The position numbers and the translations under genes are program-made. Positions 28,981 to 38,542 of a stretch of 52,343 nt of DNA are shown here, one piece after another. Where the stretch lies: assembly GCA_964490075.1 (NCBI GenBank), contig CAZBBK010000039.1:1-52343 (forward strand). The letters are read 5' to 3'. A model generated the notes under the pieces. It saw nothing but the letters and a program-made list of their open reading frames with translations. It made no database searches and was not told where the DNA came from. Within the stretch, counting starts at the first letter, position 1. The number at the start of each line of letters is the position of its first letter. This DNA is from an uncultured Gemmatimonadota bacterium (GTDB lineage Bacteria > GCA-2686955).

Positions 28981-29310
28981 CTAGTCCCTGCACGTTTGGT
29001 TGCCGCGCTTGCGCCTCAGGGTCAACCACTCGATGCACTCCAACGCCAGGACGAAGACGAGGTGCCAAAGTGGCCAGGGCAGGTCACGGAGCCAGATGAT
29101 CGTCGCGGTGAGAGCCAGAACATTGAAGCCGATCGCCAGGAGCCCCGTCCGTATCTGTCCGAAGCGCTTGCGCAGGCGAACGAAGATCAACGCCATCGTA
29201 ATGATCAGACCGGTCATGACGGCCACGGCCACCACCGCGTAGAGCGCCTCACGCATCGCCATCTCGCTCTGGAGCGGCCGGCCGAGAATCGATCCCTCCG
29301 CGGTGTTCAC
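28981..29310 (-). CDS. Small membrane protein (about 3 TM), candidate immunity protein
   Basis: Three hydrophobic segments; downstream of and co-oriented with Rhs C-terminus. Confidence 0.5.
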   Translation of the reverse strand: MNTAEGSILGRPLQSEMAMREALYAVVAVAVMTGLIITMALIFVRLRKRFGQIRTGLLAIGFNVLALTATIIWLRDLPWPLWHLVFVLALECIEWLTLRRKRGNQTCRD

Positions 29311-29331
29311 TGCGGATCGAGTCTCGGGGGA

Positions 29332-29598
29332 TCACCTTCGAGTTGGGGGGAGTAGCCGAGCCAGAGCAAGAGCGGAACCTCCGCAAAACAAGCTGACCAA
29401 GCTACTGATCCAGGCAACGACGCTTTGATCAAGGCTGGTCGGCACACCACCGAGCAGCATTAGCACGCCTATCGCGTACAGTAACCGTCGTCGCGTTGAC
29501 TCCCTCGCGTTCCGCAACCAGCGCCAGGAGAGAACGAGGGCAACAGACGCGATGGCAACAAAGGCCATGATCGCAAGTGCGAACGTCATATTGGGCAT
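29332..29598 (-). CDS. Small membrane protein (about 3 TM), candidate Rhs immunity protein
   Basis: Three hydrophobic segments, visibly more AT-rich DNA, first plausible gene after the Rhs C-terminus. Confidence 0.55.
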   Translation of the reverse strand: MPNMTFALAIMAFVAIASVALVLSWRWLRNARESTRRRLLYAIGVLMLLGGVPTSLDQSVVAWISSLVSLFCGGSALALARLLPPTRR

Positions 29599-29722
29599 GG
29601 TGTAGGTCGTTTTTCGGTGGAACCAAGGCGAGGGGCGGGAACGGATGGCCCGGAGCAGGCAGCGAGATCGAGGCTGGAGAAAAGCACGCGGCGATGCTCA
29701 GTACCCTTTTCAAACGTTGGCG

Positions 29723-31014
29723 CTAGTATAGGCCGCACTCGTACCACCCCTCAATCCTAATTCCATACTCTCCAAAGCTCGATACCTCCTCCTTCCATAC
29801 GCAGCCGAATCTCATTCGACCGGGAGCTTTCACCGTCGCCTCCTCCGGGCCGCCATAGGCAGGCTGACCAATTCCGCCAGAGCCACCTGAACGTCCCTGG
29901 GGACTTACGATACCATCGATGATGTTGGACGGAGGTCCGGCACGTCGCCCGCCGGGCTCGTAGTGGTCATCGGCTCCGTCCTCTGGGAAGAAGCGGTCGT
30001 CCAGCCTTGATGCCACCTCGGCCAACGGGCCCCAGGTCAGCGGAAAATCACGTGCAGCGTGCCCTTGCGTGGCCGCGACAGCTGCGCCGAGCCCGAACCC
30101 TATGTTCATGGAGCTCCCCGTAATCGAACTGGCAGTGAGCGCAGATGTCGCCACGAAAGCCAGTGTAACGCTTGCGCCGACCGGGTTGGCGATCGCGGCC
30201 GCCATGGCGAGATGAACCGTCAAACCAAGCGCAGCACTCGCCGCGCTCGCTTGGCCGATGCCAAAGCCAAACGAAAACCAGCGGACCCTCGATCCATCCA
30301 AGTCCACATAGAACAACGGATTCCCAAGCCCGTACGTATAGGGCGACACTTCCGGATAGAGCGCCCGCAGCGGCTCCGGCTGCAACCACCGGCCAACCTC
30401 CGGATCATAGAGGCGCACACCGTGCTCCTGGTAACCGAGCTCCACGTCGAGCTCCTGCCCGGTGTAGCGCAGGAAGTCACCGGAGACGGCCTCGCCGATC
30501 GACTCGTAGACCTCGCCGTAGCCCCATTAGGTGGTCGATTCCAGGGGCGTGCCTTCGGCGTCGACGATCAGGCGCACCGAGCCCAGCCGGTCCCTGGCCA
30601 GGAAACATGTTGCATACTCGGCCGGCTCCAGCTCCTCGACGGCGACGGTGCCGCCGAGGCCGTGAATGAAGCACCGGGTCGGCTCCAGCTCCTCGTCGTA
30701 GGTCGCGAGCAAGGTGGCGCCCAGGCGCAGATAGTAGGTGCTCCGAGAGCCGTAGCTCCCGGAAGCCTGCACGCGCCTCACCAGACCGCCTTCATCGCCG
30801 GGCCTATCGACGACCAGCTGCCATTCCCGCACCGTCTTCTCGATCCGGTGGCCGTAGGCGTCGTTTCCGATTCCAGGCGCCCCATGGCGTCGAAATCGCG
30901 CCAGGTCTCCTTGCCTTCCGGGGAGCGGACCCAGATCTGGTAGTTGCGGAGGTCGCAGTGAAACAGTGTCACCTGATCCTGCGGCGCTCGATAGGGCTCC
31001 TCGCACTCGACCAC
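29723..31014 (-). pseudogene. Truncated Rhs-repeat/core toxin gene (orphan remnant)
   Basis: YD-like FDAMGR and DAYGHRIEK, DRLGSVRLIVDAEG, RYTGQELD, RLYDPEVGRW, YTYGLGNPLFYVDLDG; frame break near 30865 and in-frame TAA at 30527-30529. Confidence 0.85.
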
Positions 31015-31214
31015 GGATCCCGGTGGCCCTGCGCGCTTGTGCCTGCGTGCTCTTCCCAGTCCTGTCGCGCGTCGATCGAACGCTCACACCGTTACACCGG
31101 CGGCCGGAGATCGCGCGAGGGCGGGCGGCACCGATCGGGGACAGGTTCGCGGGCGATCAGCCGCGCACCACCGAACGCCCTCGGAGGGCCTGAGAGCCCG
31201 AGCCCCCCCCGACC

Positions 31215-33728
31215 TCAGCCCACCACGAGGTTGATCAGCCGCTCCGGCACGAACACCACCCGCCGCGTCGCCTTGCCGGCCACCGCTCGCTGCACGCCGG
31301 GGAGCGAGAGCGCGGCCTCCCGAGCCTGGTCCTTCGCCACCCCGCGCGGCACCTGAATCGTCCCGCGGTGCTTGCCGTTGACCTGCACCACCAGGTCTAT
31401 GGTGTCGCCGACCAGGAGCGCCGGATCGATCTCCACCCAGCTCTGGTCGAAGAGGCTGGATTCGGCGTCGAACACGCTGTGCCAGAGCGCCTCGGCCAGA
31501 TGCGGGCAGAACAGGCCGAGCACCTTGAGGAACTCGCGCATGACGTGGCCCGCCACCAGCCACTGGCGCTCGCCCCGGGCCTCGCGCAGGGCGGGGCCGG
31601 CGGCGCCGATGAACGAGTGGATCAAGGCGACGGCGTTGTGGTAGCTGCGGGTGTGGAGCTCGGCATCGAAGCCGTGGGCGCTGCGGTGGAGCAGAGCCAG
31701 GAGCTCGCGCTCCCAGGTGTCGGCCGGCTCCGGGCGCTGCGCCGGGGCCCCGGCGAGCTGCTCCTGGTGGCGGGCGTAGAGATCCCAGATCGAGTCGAGG
31801 AAACGCTTCTTGGCCGCCAGCCCGGAGTCGTCCCAGTCGATGTCGGCACGCGGCGGGGCGTCGGCCAGAATGTAGAGCCTGAGCGCATCGGCGCCGACCT
31901 GCGACACGATTTCGGTCGGGGCCACGGTGTTGCCGCGCGACTTGCTCATCTTGGCGCCGCCGAGCCGCACCATGCCGTTGTCGAGGAAGACCTGCACCGG
32001 CTCCGGCTGGGTCGCCCAGCCGCGCGAGTGGAAGAAATGGCCGATGAAGCGGTGGTAGATCATGTGCTGCGCGGCGTGCTCCAGGCCGCCGACGTACCAG
32101 TCGATCGGCATCCAGTGGCGGCCGCGCTCGGGATCGAAGATGCGCTCCTCGTTGTGGGCGTCGGTGAAGCGGAAGGCGTACCAGGAGGAGCACATGAAAG
32201 TGTCCATGGTGTCGACCTCGCGCCGGGCCGGGCGTGCGCATTTCGGGCATTCGGTGCGCACGAACTCCTCGACCGCCGCCAGCGGAGAGCTGCCCTTTTC
32301 GCTGAAGCGAACGTCCTCCGGCAGCAGGACCGGAAGCTGGTCGGCCGGCACCGGAGACCAGCCGCAAGCGTCGCAATGGACCATCGGGATCGGCGCGCCC
32401 CAGTAGCGCTGCCGCGACACCAGCCAGTCGCGCAGCTTGAAGTTGATCTCGCGCGTGCCGATGTCTTGTTCTTCGGCCCAGGCGCCGATCTTCGGAATCG
32501 CCTCGTCCGAGGGCATCCCGGAGAAGGGACCAGAGTCGCGCATCGTTCCGGGCGCGGTCCAGGCGCCGGTGAGCACCGCGCCGCCCCGCGCCGGCTCGAT
32601 CACGGTCTTCACCGGCAGACCCTTGAGACGCGCGAAGTCGAAGTCACGCTCGTCGTGCGCCGGCACGTTCATGATCGCACCGGTGCCGTAGCCGCCGATC
32701 ACGTAGTCCGAGACCCAGACCGGAACCAGGTCTCCGTTGACCGGGTTGATGCACTGGAAGCCGGCATAGACCCCGGTGCGCTCGGCGTCCTTGGCCCGCT
32801 CGACGTCGGAGCGGCTGCGCGCCGCCTCCACGTAGGTCTCGACCTTGGCGCGGCGCTCGTCGGAGACCAGCTCGAGCAGCAAGGGATGCTCGGGGGCCAG
32901 GGTCATCGAGGTGACACCCCAGACGGTGTCGGGCCGGGTGGTGAAGATCGGGATCTCGGCCTCGCCGCCGGCGACCGGGAAATGGAAACGCACCCCTTCG
33001 CTGCGCCCGATCCAGTGGCGCTGGATCGCCACCGCGTCGGCGGACCAGTCGCGCAGGTCGTCGAGACCGTCCCACATCGCCTGCGCGAAAGCGGTGGTGC
33101 GGATGAACCACTGCTCCAGCTCGCGCTTGGTCACCACCGTGTCGTCGTGGCGCCAGCAGCGATCGCCGATCACCTGCTCGTTGGCGAGCACGGTGTCGCA
33201 GTCGTTGCACCAGTTGACCGGAGCGCGGCGCCGCTCGACCAGTCCCGCCTCGTAGAGAGCGAGAAAGAGCCACTGGGTCCAGCGGTAGTAGTCGGGTTCG
33301 GAGGTGTTGACCTGTTGGTCCCAGTCGAAGGAGAAGCCGAGCCGGTTGAACTGCTCGGTGCGCATCCGCTCGATGTTGTGCCGGGTCCACTCCCGGGGTG
33401 GGATGCCGCGCTCGATGGCGGCGTTTTCCGCCGGCAGTCCGAAGGCATCCCAGCCGATCGGGTGCAGCACCTCGTGCCCCTTGAAGCGATAGAGGCGCGC
33501 CATCGCATCGCTGAGCGAGTAGACCCGCACGTGGCCCAGGTGGGCGTTGCCCGAGGGATAGGGGAACATGCCGAGGATGTAGCGCTTGGGCCGGTCGCGG
33601 CGCTCGAGGTCGACCGCGTCGCCCTGGGCGGCATTCCACCGCTCCCGTACCTGGTCCTCGATCCGGGGGGCGTGGCGGCGGTAGTGGCCTGGTTCGATCA
33701 TGGTTCGTGCTCGGGGTTGAGTGGTCAT
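31215..33728 (-). CDS. leuS: Leucine--tRNA ligase
   Basis: MFPYPSG..HLGH, GWDAFGLPAENAA, FTTRPDT editing domain, RDWLVSRQRYWGAPIP, DTMDTF, KMSKS, VQVNGK C-terminus. Start may be 33728 or 33701. Confidence 0.96.
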   Translation of the reverse strand: MTTQPRARTMIEPGHYRRHAPRIEDQVRERWNAAQGDAVDLERRDRPKRYILGMFPYPSGNAHLGHVRVYSLSDAMARLYRFKGHEVLHPIGWDAFGLPAENAAIERGIPPREWTRHNIERMRTEQFNRLGFSFDWDQQVNTSEPDYYRWTQWLFLALYEAGLVERRRAPVNWCNDCDTVLANEQVIGDRCWRHDDTVVTKRELEQWFIRTTAFAQAMWDGLDDLRDWSADAVAIQRHWIGRSEGVRFHFPVAGGEAEIPIFTTRPDTVWGVTSMTLAPEHPLLLELVSDERRAKVETYVEAARSRSDVERAKDAERTGVYAGFQCINPVNGDLVPVWVSDYVIGGYGTGAIMNVPAHDERDFDFARLKGLPVKTVIEPARGGAVLTGAWTAPGTMRDSGPFSGMPSDEAIPKIGAWAEEQDIGTREINFKLRDWLVSRQRYWGAPIPMVHCDACGWSPVPADQLPVLLPEDVRFSEKGSSPLAAVEEFVRTECPKCARPARREVDTMDTFMCSSWYAFRFTDAHNEERIFDPERGRHWMPIDWYVGGLEHAAQHMIYHRFIGHFFHSRGWATQPEPVQVFLDNGMVRLGGAKMSKSRGNTVAPTEIVSQVGADALRLYILADAPPRADIDWDDSGLAAKKRFLDSIWDLYARHQEQLAGAPAQRPEPADTWERELLALLHRSAHGFDAELHTRSYHNAVALIHSFIGAAGPALREARGERQWLVAGHVMREFLKVLGLFCPHLAEALWHSVFDAESSLFDQSWVEIDPALLVGDTIDLVVQVNGKHRGTIQVPRGVAKDQAREAALSLPGVQRAVAGKATRRVVFVPERLINLVVG

Positions 33729-33837
33729 GGGCCGAGATCCTAGCAGCACCCCGGGCGGGGCACCAAACACACGGGTTATCCTCGAATCACCCGGAATGCC
33801 ATCGGGAGCGGGCCATCCCAGGGCGTCAGGAGGCCAG

Positions 33838-35388
33838 ATGAACGGCACAGGCACCATTCTCGGCACGCTTCTCGCGGCGGCTCCGTCCGCCCTCTGGGGC
33901 ACGGGCCCCGCCGCCGCCCAGGTGCTCCCCGACACGCCGGTCGCGCATCCGCGCCCCCTGCGATATGTCGCTTCCAACGAAGGGCTCGACTTCCCCCGCT
34001 GGGAAGGGGGACGCTCCGAGATGGAGATGGTCGACGTGAACGACGACGGCCATATCGACCTGGTCTCGATCGGCGACCATGGCAGTCCCTACATCAACGC
34101 CGACGAGCACGGCGTGATGGTCTACTTCGGCGACGGTCGCGGCTCGTGGGCGGTGCAGATGCGCGGCGACTTCGGCTACGGCGGGGTGGCGGTGGGCGAC
34201 ATCGACGGCGACGGCCTGCAGGACGTGGCCTACGGCATGCACCACGACTACTCGGGCGACGATTTCGGCGACCAACTGATCGAGGCCGCGCTGGGCGACG
34301 GCTCGGGAGTCGACTGGACTCCCTGGGACGACGGCCTGGCGACCAACGGCGAGACCTGGGGGATGTTCGGCACCGATCTCGGCGACATCGATGGCGACGG
34401 CGACCTGGACCTGGTCTCGATCAGCTTCGGGGGCGGCGCCGGGCTGCACGTCTACCGCAACAACGGCGACGGCACCTGGACCCAGAGTTACGGATTTTTG
34501 GGGGGGAATTCGCAGATGGACGTGGTGCTCGGCGAGGTCGACGGCGACGGGATTCTCGATATCTGTGCGTCCCACCAGTACGGCACAATCTACCTCGGCG
34601 ACGGCAGCGGGGGTTTTGTCGACGGGGACGGCAATCTGCCTCCAGCGACACTTCTGGGCCGCGACGGACCCGACCTGGGCGATGTCGACGGCGACGGGCG
34701 CGACGATATTTCCTGGGCGACCAACGGCGGCGGGTTGCAGGTCTGGCTGGCGCGCGGCGTGGGATTGTGGCTCGATGCCTCGCGCGGGCTGCCGGCCTCG
34801 GGCCGCTACGACGGCACTCAGCTCCACGACATGGACGGCGACGGCCGCGCCGAGCTGGTGGCGCAAACCAAGGGAGCCGTGACGGTGTTCGACGCCGGTT
34901 CCGGCGGCTGGTTCGAGGTGACCTCGATGGAGACGGTCGCCCCCGGCTACCACAGCGCGCTGCGCGCCGGCGGCGACGTCGACCACAACGGCATGCCCGA
35001 CTTGGTGGCGATCGCATCGAAGGGCGGTTGGCTTCACGAGCGCAATCAGGTGCTGGTCTTCAAGGAGCTGCGGCGGGCGACCGCGGTGGCGATCCGTTTC
35101 GAGGAGCCCCTGGCCGGGCGCGTGCTGCGCGGCGGTGCCGTCAGCTTCGTGGACTACGTCGCGACCATCCCCGAGGCGGCGATCGACGACGCCCGGGTCG
35201 ACCTGGACTACTCCTTGGAAGGACCGACCGGCCCCTGGCTGGCGCTGCGCGCGGAGGCCGCTCCGGGCGGCAGAGTGCAGATCGTGATGCCGGTGGAGGC
35301 GGCCGGGGATTCGATTCACTTTCGTCTGACGCTCGACTCCAGCGCCGGCTTCGCGACGGTTGTGAGCGCGGGGAACGAGGTGCGCTAG
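33838..35388 (+). CDS. Secreted FG-GAP/VCBS-repeat protein
   Basis: Signal peptide; about seven DxDGDGxxD repeats (DVNDDGHID, DIDGDGLQD, DIDGDGDLD, EVDGDGILD, DVDGDGRDD, DMDGDGRAE, DVDHNGMPD). Confidence 0.9.
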   Translation: MNGTGTILGTLLAAAPSALWGTGPAAAQVLPDTPVAHPRPLRYVASNEGLDFPRWEGGRSEMEMVDVNDDGHIDLVSIGDHGSPYINADEHGVMVYFGDGRGSWAVQMRGDFGYGGVAVGDIDGDGLQDVAYGMHHDYSGDDFGDQLIEAALGDGSGVDWTPWDDGLATNGETWGMFGTDLGDIDGDGDLDLVSISFGGGAGLHVYRNNGDGTWTQSYGFLGGNSQMDVVLGEVDGDGILDICASHQYGTIYLGDGSGGFVDGDGNLPPATLLGRDGPDLGDVDGDGRDDISWATNGGGLQVWLARGVGLWLDASRGLPASGRYDGTQLHDMDGDGRAELVAQTKGAVTVFDAGSGGWFEVTSMETVAPGYHSALRAGGDVDHNGMPDLVAIASKGGWLHERNQVLVFKELRRATAVAIRFEEPLAGRVLRGGAVSFVDYVATIPEAAIDDARVDLDYSLEGPTGPWLALRAEAAPGGRVQIVMPVEAAGDSIHFRLTLDSSAGFATVVSAGNEVR

Positions 35389-35454
35389 GAACAGGCTCCT
35401 CGCGGCCTCCTGGCCCGGGCCGCGCAAGGCGGCGGCCCGGGCGGCCGTGATCGG

Positions 35455-36093
35455 CTACTGCACCTGGAAGCACCAGGGACGAGTGGTTCCCTCCTCACCG
35501 GGAGATCTGCCCGGCGGGGAAGCACCGGGATCGGGGTCGAAGTACTCGATCGGCTCCGGACCGAAGATCACCGGCCCGGCGAAGATCGGTGGAATGCCGA
35601 CGTTGACGCCGCACTCGTCGTCGACGTCCTCATCCGGCCCCAGCGGAATGCCGTTGCCGCCGAAGTCGTTGCACTCCACGATCAGCGCCCAATCGAAGTA
35701 GCCGGGGGGAATCGCCCCGGGTGGAGCGGTATACGAGAACAGGATCTCGGGGATCGTGGGATCTCCGTCCCAGCGCTGGATCTCGTTTCGCAAATTGGGG
35801 AACTGGACCACGATGTCGGTCGGCTTCGGCTTCCCTTCGATGCAAGGCAGCACATAGATGCTCGCCACATAGGCCGAACAGGCGTCGGTGGGCATGATCT
35901 TGTGCTTCCAGACGAAGGTCACGGGCTCATTTGCTCCGAAAAAGCTGTAGCCCTCGAACTCGGGGTCCGGCATCCGCTCGATGTTGGTCGTCCAGCAGTC
36001 CTGCAGCACCGTTACCGGGAACTGCGCCTGCGCGGCGCCGCTTGCCAGGCAGCAGCAGACCACCGCGCCTGCGAGGTTTCGCGTGTTGATCAT
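35455..36093 (-). CDS. Secreted hypothetical protein (Pro/Cys/acidic-rich)
   Basis: GAGG RBS, signal peptide ending AAQA, strong coding bias. Confidence 0.75.
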   Translation of the reverse strand: MINTRNLAGAVVCCCLASGAAQAQFPVTVLQDCWTTNIERMPDPEFEGYSFFGANEPVTFVWKHKIMPTDACSAYVASIYVLPCIEGKPKPTDIVVQFPNLRNEIQRWDGDPTIPEILFSYTAPPGAIPPGYFDWALIVECNDFGGNGIPLGPDEDVDDECGVNVGIPPIFAGPVIFGPEPIEYFDPDPGASPPGRSPGEEGTTRPWCFQVQ

Positions 36094-36614
36094 GGCGTCC
36101 TCTCGGTTCTGTAAGCGCCGAATCGGAGCTCCGTCTCGGCTCTCTGGCCGGCGTGGTCGATCGACGGCGATCGCGGCTCACGATCGGCGTCCCACCCCGG
36201 CGTCGAATCAGCACCCCCGATCGCCTCCTTCCGCGCTTCGGCCGCTATCCATCCATGCCGCTCGCCCTCTCCGATCGAGAGCTCCGCCGTGTGGGGGCTG
36301 TCTTTCCGGCCGTTGCGGCATGGGGCAGGGAGAGGGAACTTACTATGCACGTGAATGATAACCTGAATGCCGCCACTGCAACGTGCGGCTTTCGGCCGCG
36401 CCGGGCGCCCAGACCTCCAGCACCGCTTCCCCCTGCGCGGCCCGGGACCGGGTCGTGGTGGGGCAGATCGGCCTCCCATGGGTGTGCTTTTCGATGTTAG
36501 TCTCACAGGCGCTGCAGCGATGGGGGCCCAGCGACCGCACCAGAAAGAGCCACCCGCCGGAGTTCGGCGCAGGGGGGTGCGTCGATTACCCTTGGGCGGC
36601 ACCGGGAGCCGGAC

Positions 36615-38057
36615 ATGCGCCCCTTCGACGCCCCGATCGCCCGATCTCCCGCTCCGCCTGTGTGGGTTCTTCTCCCATCGGCCCCGGTGATGATGCTCTG
36701 CGCCCTGGCTCTGGCCGCACCGGCCCCGGCGGCCGATCACGCGCCCTGCGTCGTACCTTGCGACGACCTCGAGATCGTCGACGACACCGTGCTCTGCCCG
36801 GGCACCTACTACATCCCCGACCGCGGCGAGGAAGGCGTGCTGCGACTGGCCACCGATGGTGTCGAGCTGCGCGGCGACAACACCCTCATCGTCGGCGACG
36901 GCGTGGGATTCGGCATCCGGGTCGGGGACGATGGAGGTCGGGTACGCGACGTGACGGTCGAAGGGGTCGGTGTCCGCGGCTACCAGGTCAACTTCTATGC
37001 GGCGAACGCATCCGATCTCACCGTCCGCGACAACGACTTCCTCTACCCGACTTCGTACGCGGTCGAGATGGGCAACCCCGACTTCAGTGTCGAGAACATC
37101 CACCTGGACGGCAACCGGATCATCGCCGACTCCACCGCCAACGGTCTCTCGTACAACGCCTGGCAGCCGGCCCGCGACCTGCTTTTCGAGAACAACCTGG
37201 TCGACGTCGGGATCGACGGGTTCGTGCTCGAGGCGCACTCCAACGGCACCGCTTTCCACCTCCGGAACAACACCTACGAGAGCTGCACCGGAGAGATCAT
37301 CAACATCGACGGGCACATCGGCAGCATCATCGAGAACGAGACCATTCTGGCGGCCAGCAACGTCCTGGTCTGGCACTACTCCACCGACTGCGTATTCCGC
37401 GGCAACTTCATGCCCTGGGCCGCCTTCCAGCTCGAAGGATCGATCGGCAACATCTTTTACGGCAACGCCGTCGGCGCCTCTGTCAACCTCTTCCCCTATC
37501 ACGAAGACGGCACGCCTTCTTCCGACAACTTGATCTTCGACAACGTGCTCTACGGCGGCCGCAATCCGGGCATGAACTGGGGGCTGCTGCTCAGCCAGGC
37601 CCACGACAACATCATCGTCCACAACACCGTCTACGGCGCCGCCGCCGGGATCATCCTGGAGTCCGAGTCGATTTGCAATATCGTCGCCAACAACATCTTC
37701 TCGGTCTCCAGCGGAGACCGGGCGCTGATCGAGCTGGAGAGCGGCTGCCTGGACGGCACCGAGATCGATTACAACCTCTACCACAACGCCGCCGTCGGCT
37801 TCGTGGGGGAGCTGGATGGGACGCGGATCGAATCGCTGGCGCAGTGGCGCCTCGCCACCGGAGTCGATCAGCATTCGCTCGCTGCCGATCCCGAGTTCTT
37901 CGACGCACCGGGGCGGGATCTCCGGCTGCGCTCGGCGTCGCCGGCGATCGGCGCCGCGGATCCCACGCTGCCCGGCCCGCCCTGGGATTTCCTCGGACGC
38001 CCCCGCCCCCTGGGCTCGCCGCGGGCCGACCTGGGGGCTTTGGAGGCGCCGCAATAG
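36615..38057 (+). CDS. Secreted right-handed beta-helix (NosD/pectin-lyase-like) protein
   Basis: Asn-ladder repeats (NLIFDNVLY, NIIVHNTVY, NIVANNIF), C-terminal LRLRSASPAIGA...DFLGRPRP...DLGALE; true start may be near 36689. Confidence 0.82.
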   Translation: MRPFDAPIARSPAPPVWVLLPSAPVMMLCALALAAPAPAADHAPCVVPCDDLEIVDDTVLCPGTYYIPDRGEEGVLRLATDGVELRGDNTLIVGDGVGFGIRVGDDGGRVRDVTVEGVGVRGYQVNFYAANASDLTVRDNDFLYPTSYAVEMGNPDFSVENIHLDGNRIIADSTANGLSYNAWQPARDLLFENNLVDVGIDGFVLEAHSNGTAFHLRNNTYESCTGEIINIDGHIGSIIENETILAASNVLVWHYSTDCVFRGNFMPWAAFQLEGSIGNIFYGNAVGASVNLFPYHEDGTPSSDNLIFDNVLYGGRNPGMNWGLLLSQAHDNIIVHNTVYGAAAGIILESESICNIVANNIFSVSSGDRALIELESGCLDGTEIDYNLYHNAAVGFVGELDGTRIESLAQWRLATGVDQHSLAADPEFFDAPGRDLRLRSASPAIGAADPTLPGPPWDFLGRPRPLGSPRADLGALEAPQ

Positions 38058-38542
38058 GGCCGGTGCGGCGTGCGCTCGGATCAGTCGGCGGCCTCGATGA
38101 TGTAGGCATGGGCGTTGGAGCGATCGTCGCCCTTGCCGTCGAGAAAGGCGCGCAGGCAGTCGACCTCGACCCGATCCGGGGTCACACTGACCTCGATGTG
38201 GGCGCGCCGGGACGCCCCGGCGACCAGGGCGGGCGGCGGTCGGAGCGGGTCCGGAGTCGAAGAAAGACATCGCGCTCTCCTCTTGCGGTGGGACAGCTCG
38301 GCTGCATTGCGACAAACGCGCCAGTCGCCGCGCCTACCGCAACGTGTTGCGGGACAACAGAACAGGGCGTGGCTCGCGGGGCGCGATGTCGGCATCGCCG
38401 GCAGAATCGCCGCGGAGTGTCGGGTTCGCCGACAGGCCCCTCGCACCCGCGGCGGACCTCGTCGTCTCCCCGACCAGAACCCGCGTTACTCTTGGTCGAG
38501 CGCGTGGGACGCGCTTCCTTCTCGGTCTAGCGAGGAATCTTT

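Noticed and set aside
23364-30529. TAA reassignment/readthrough suggested by two in-frame TAA codons
   Set aside because: TAA acts as a normal stop at 13720-13722 and 49013-49015, each followed closely by the next gene; nearby frameshifts point to decay or error.
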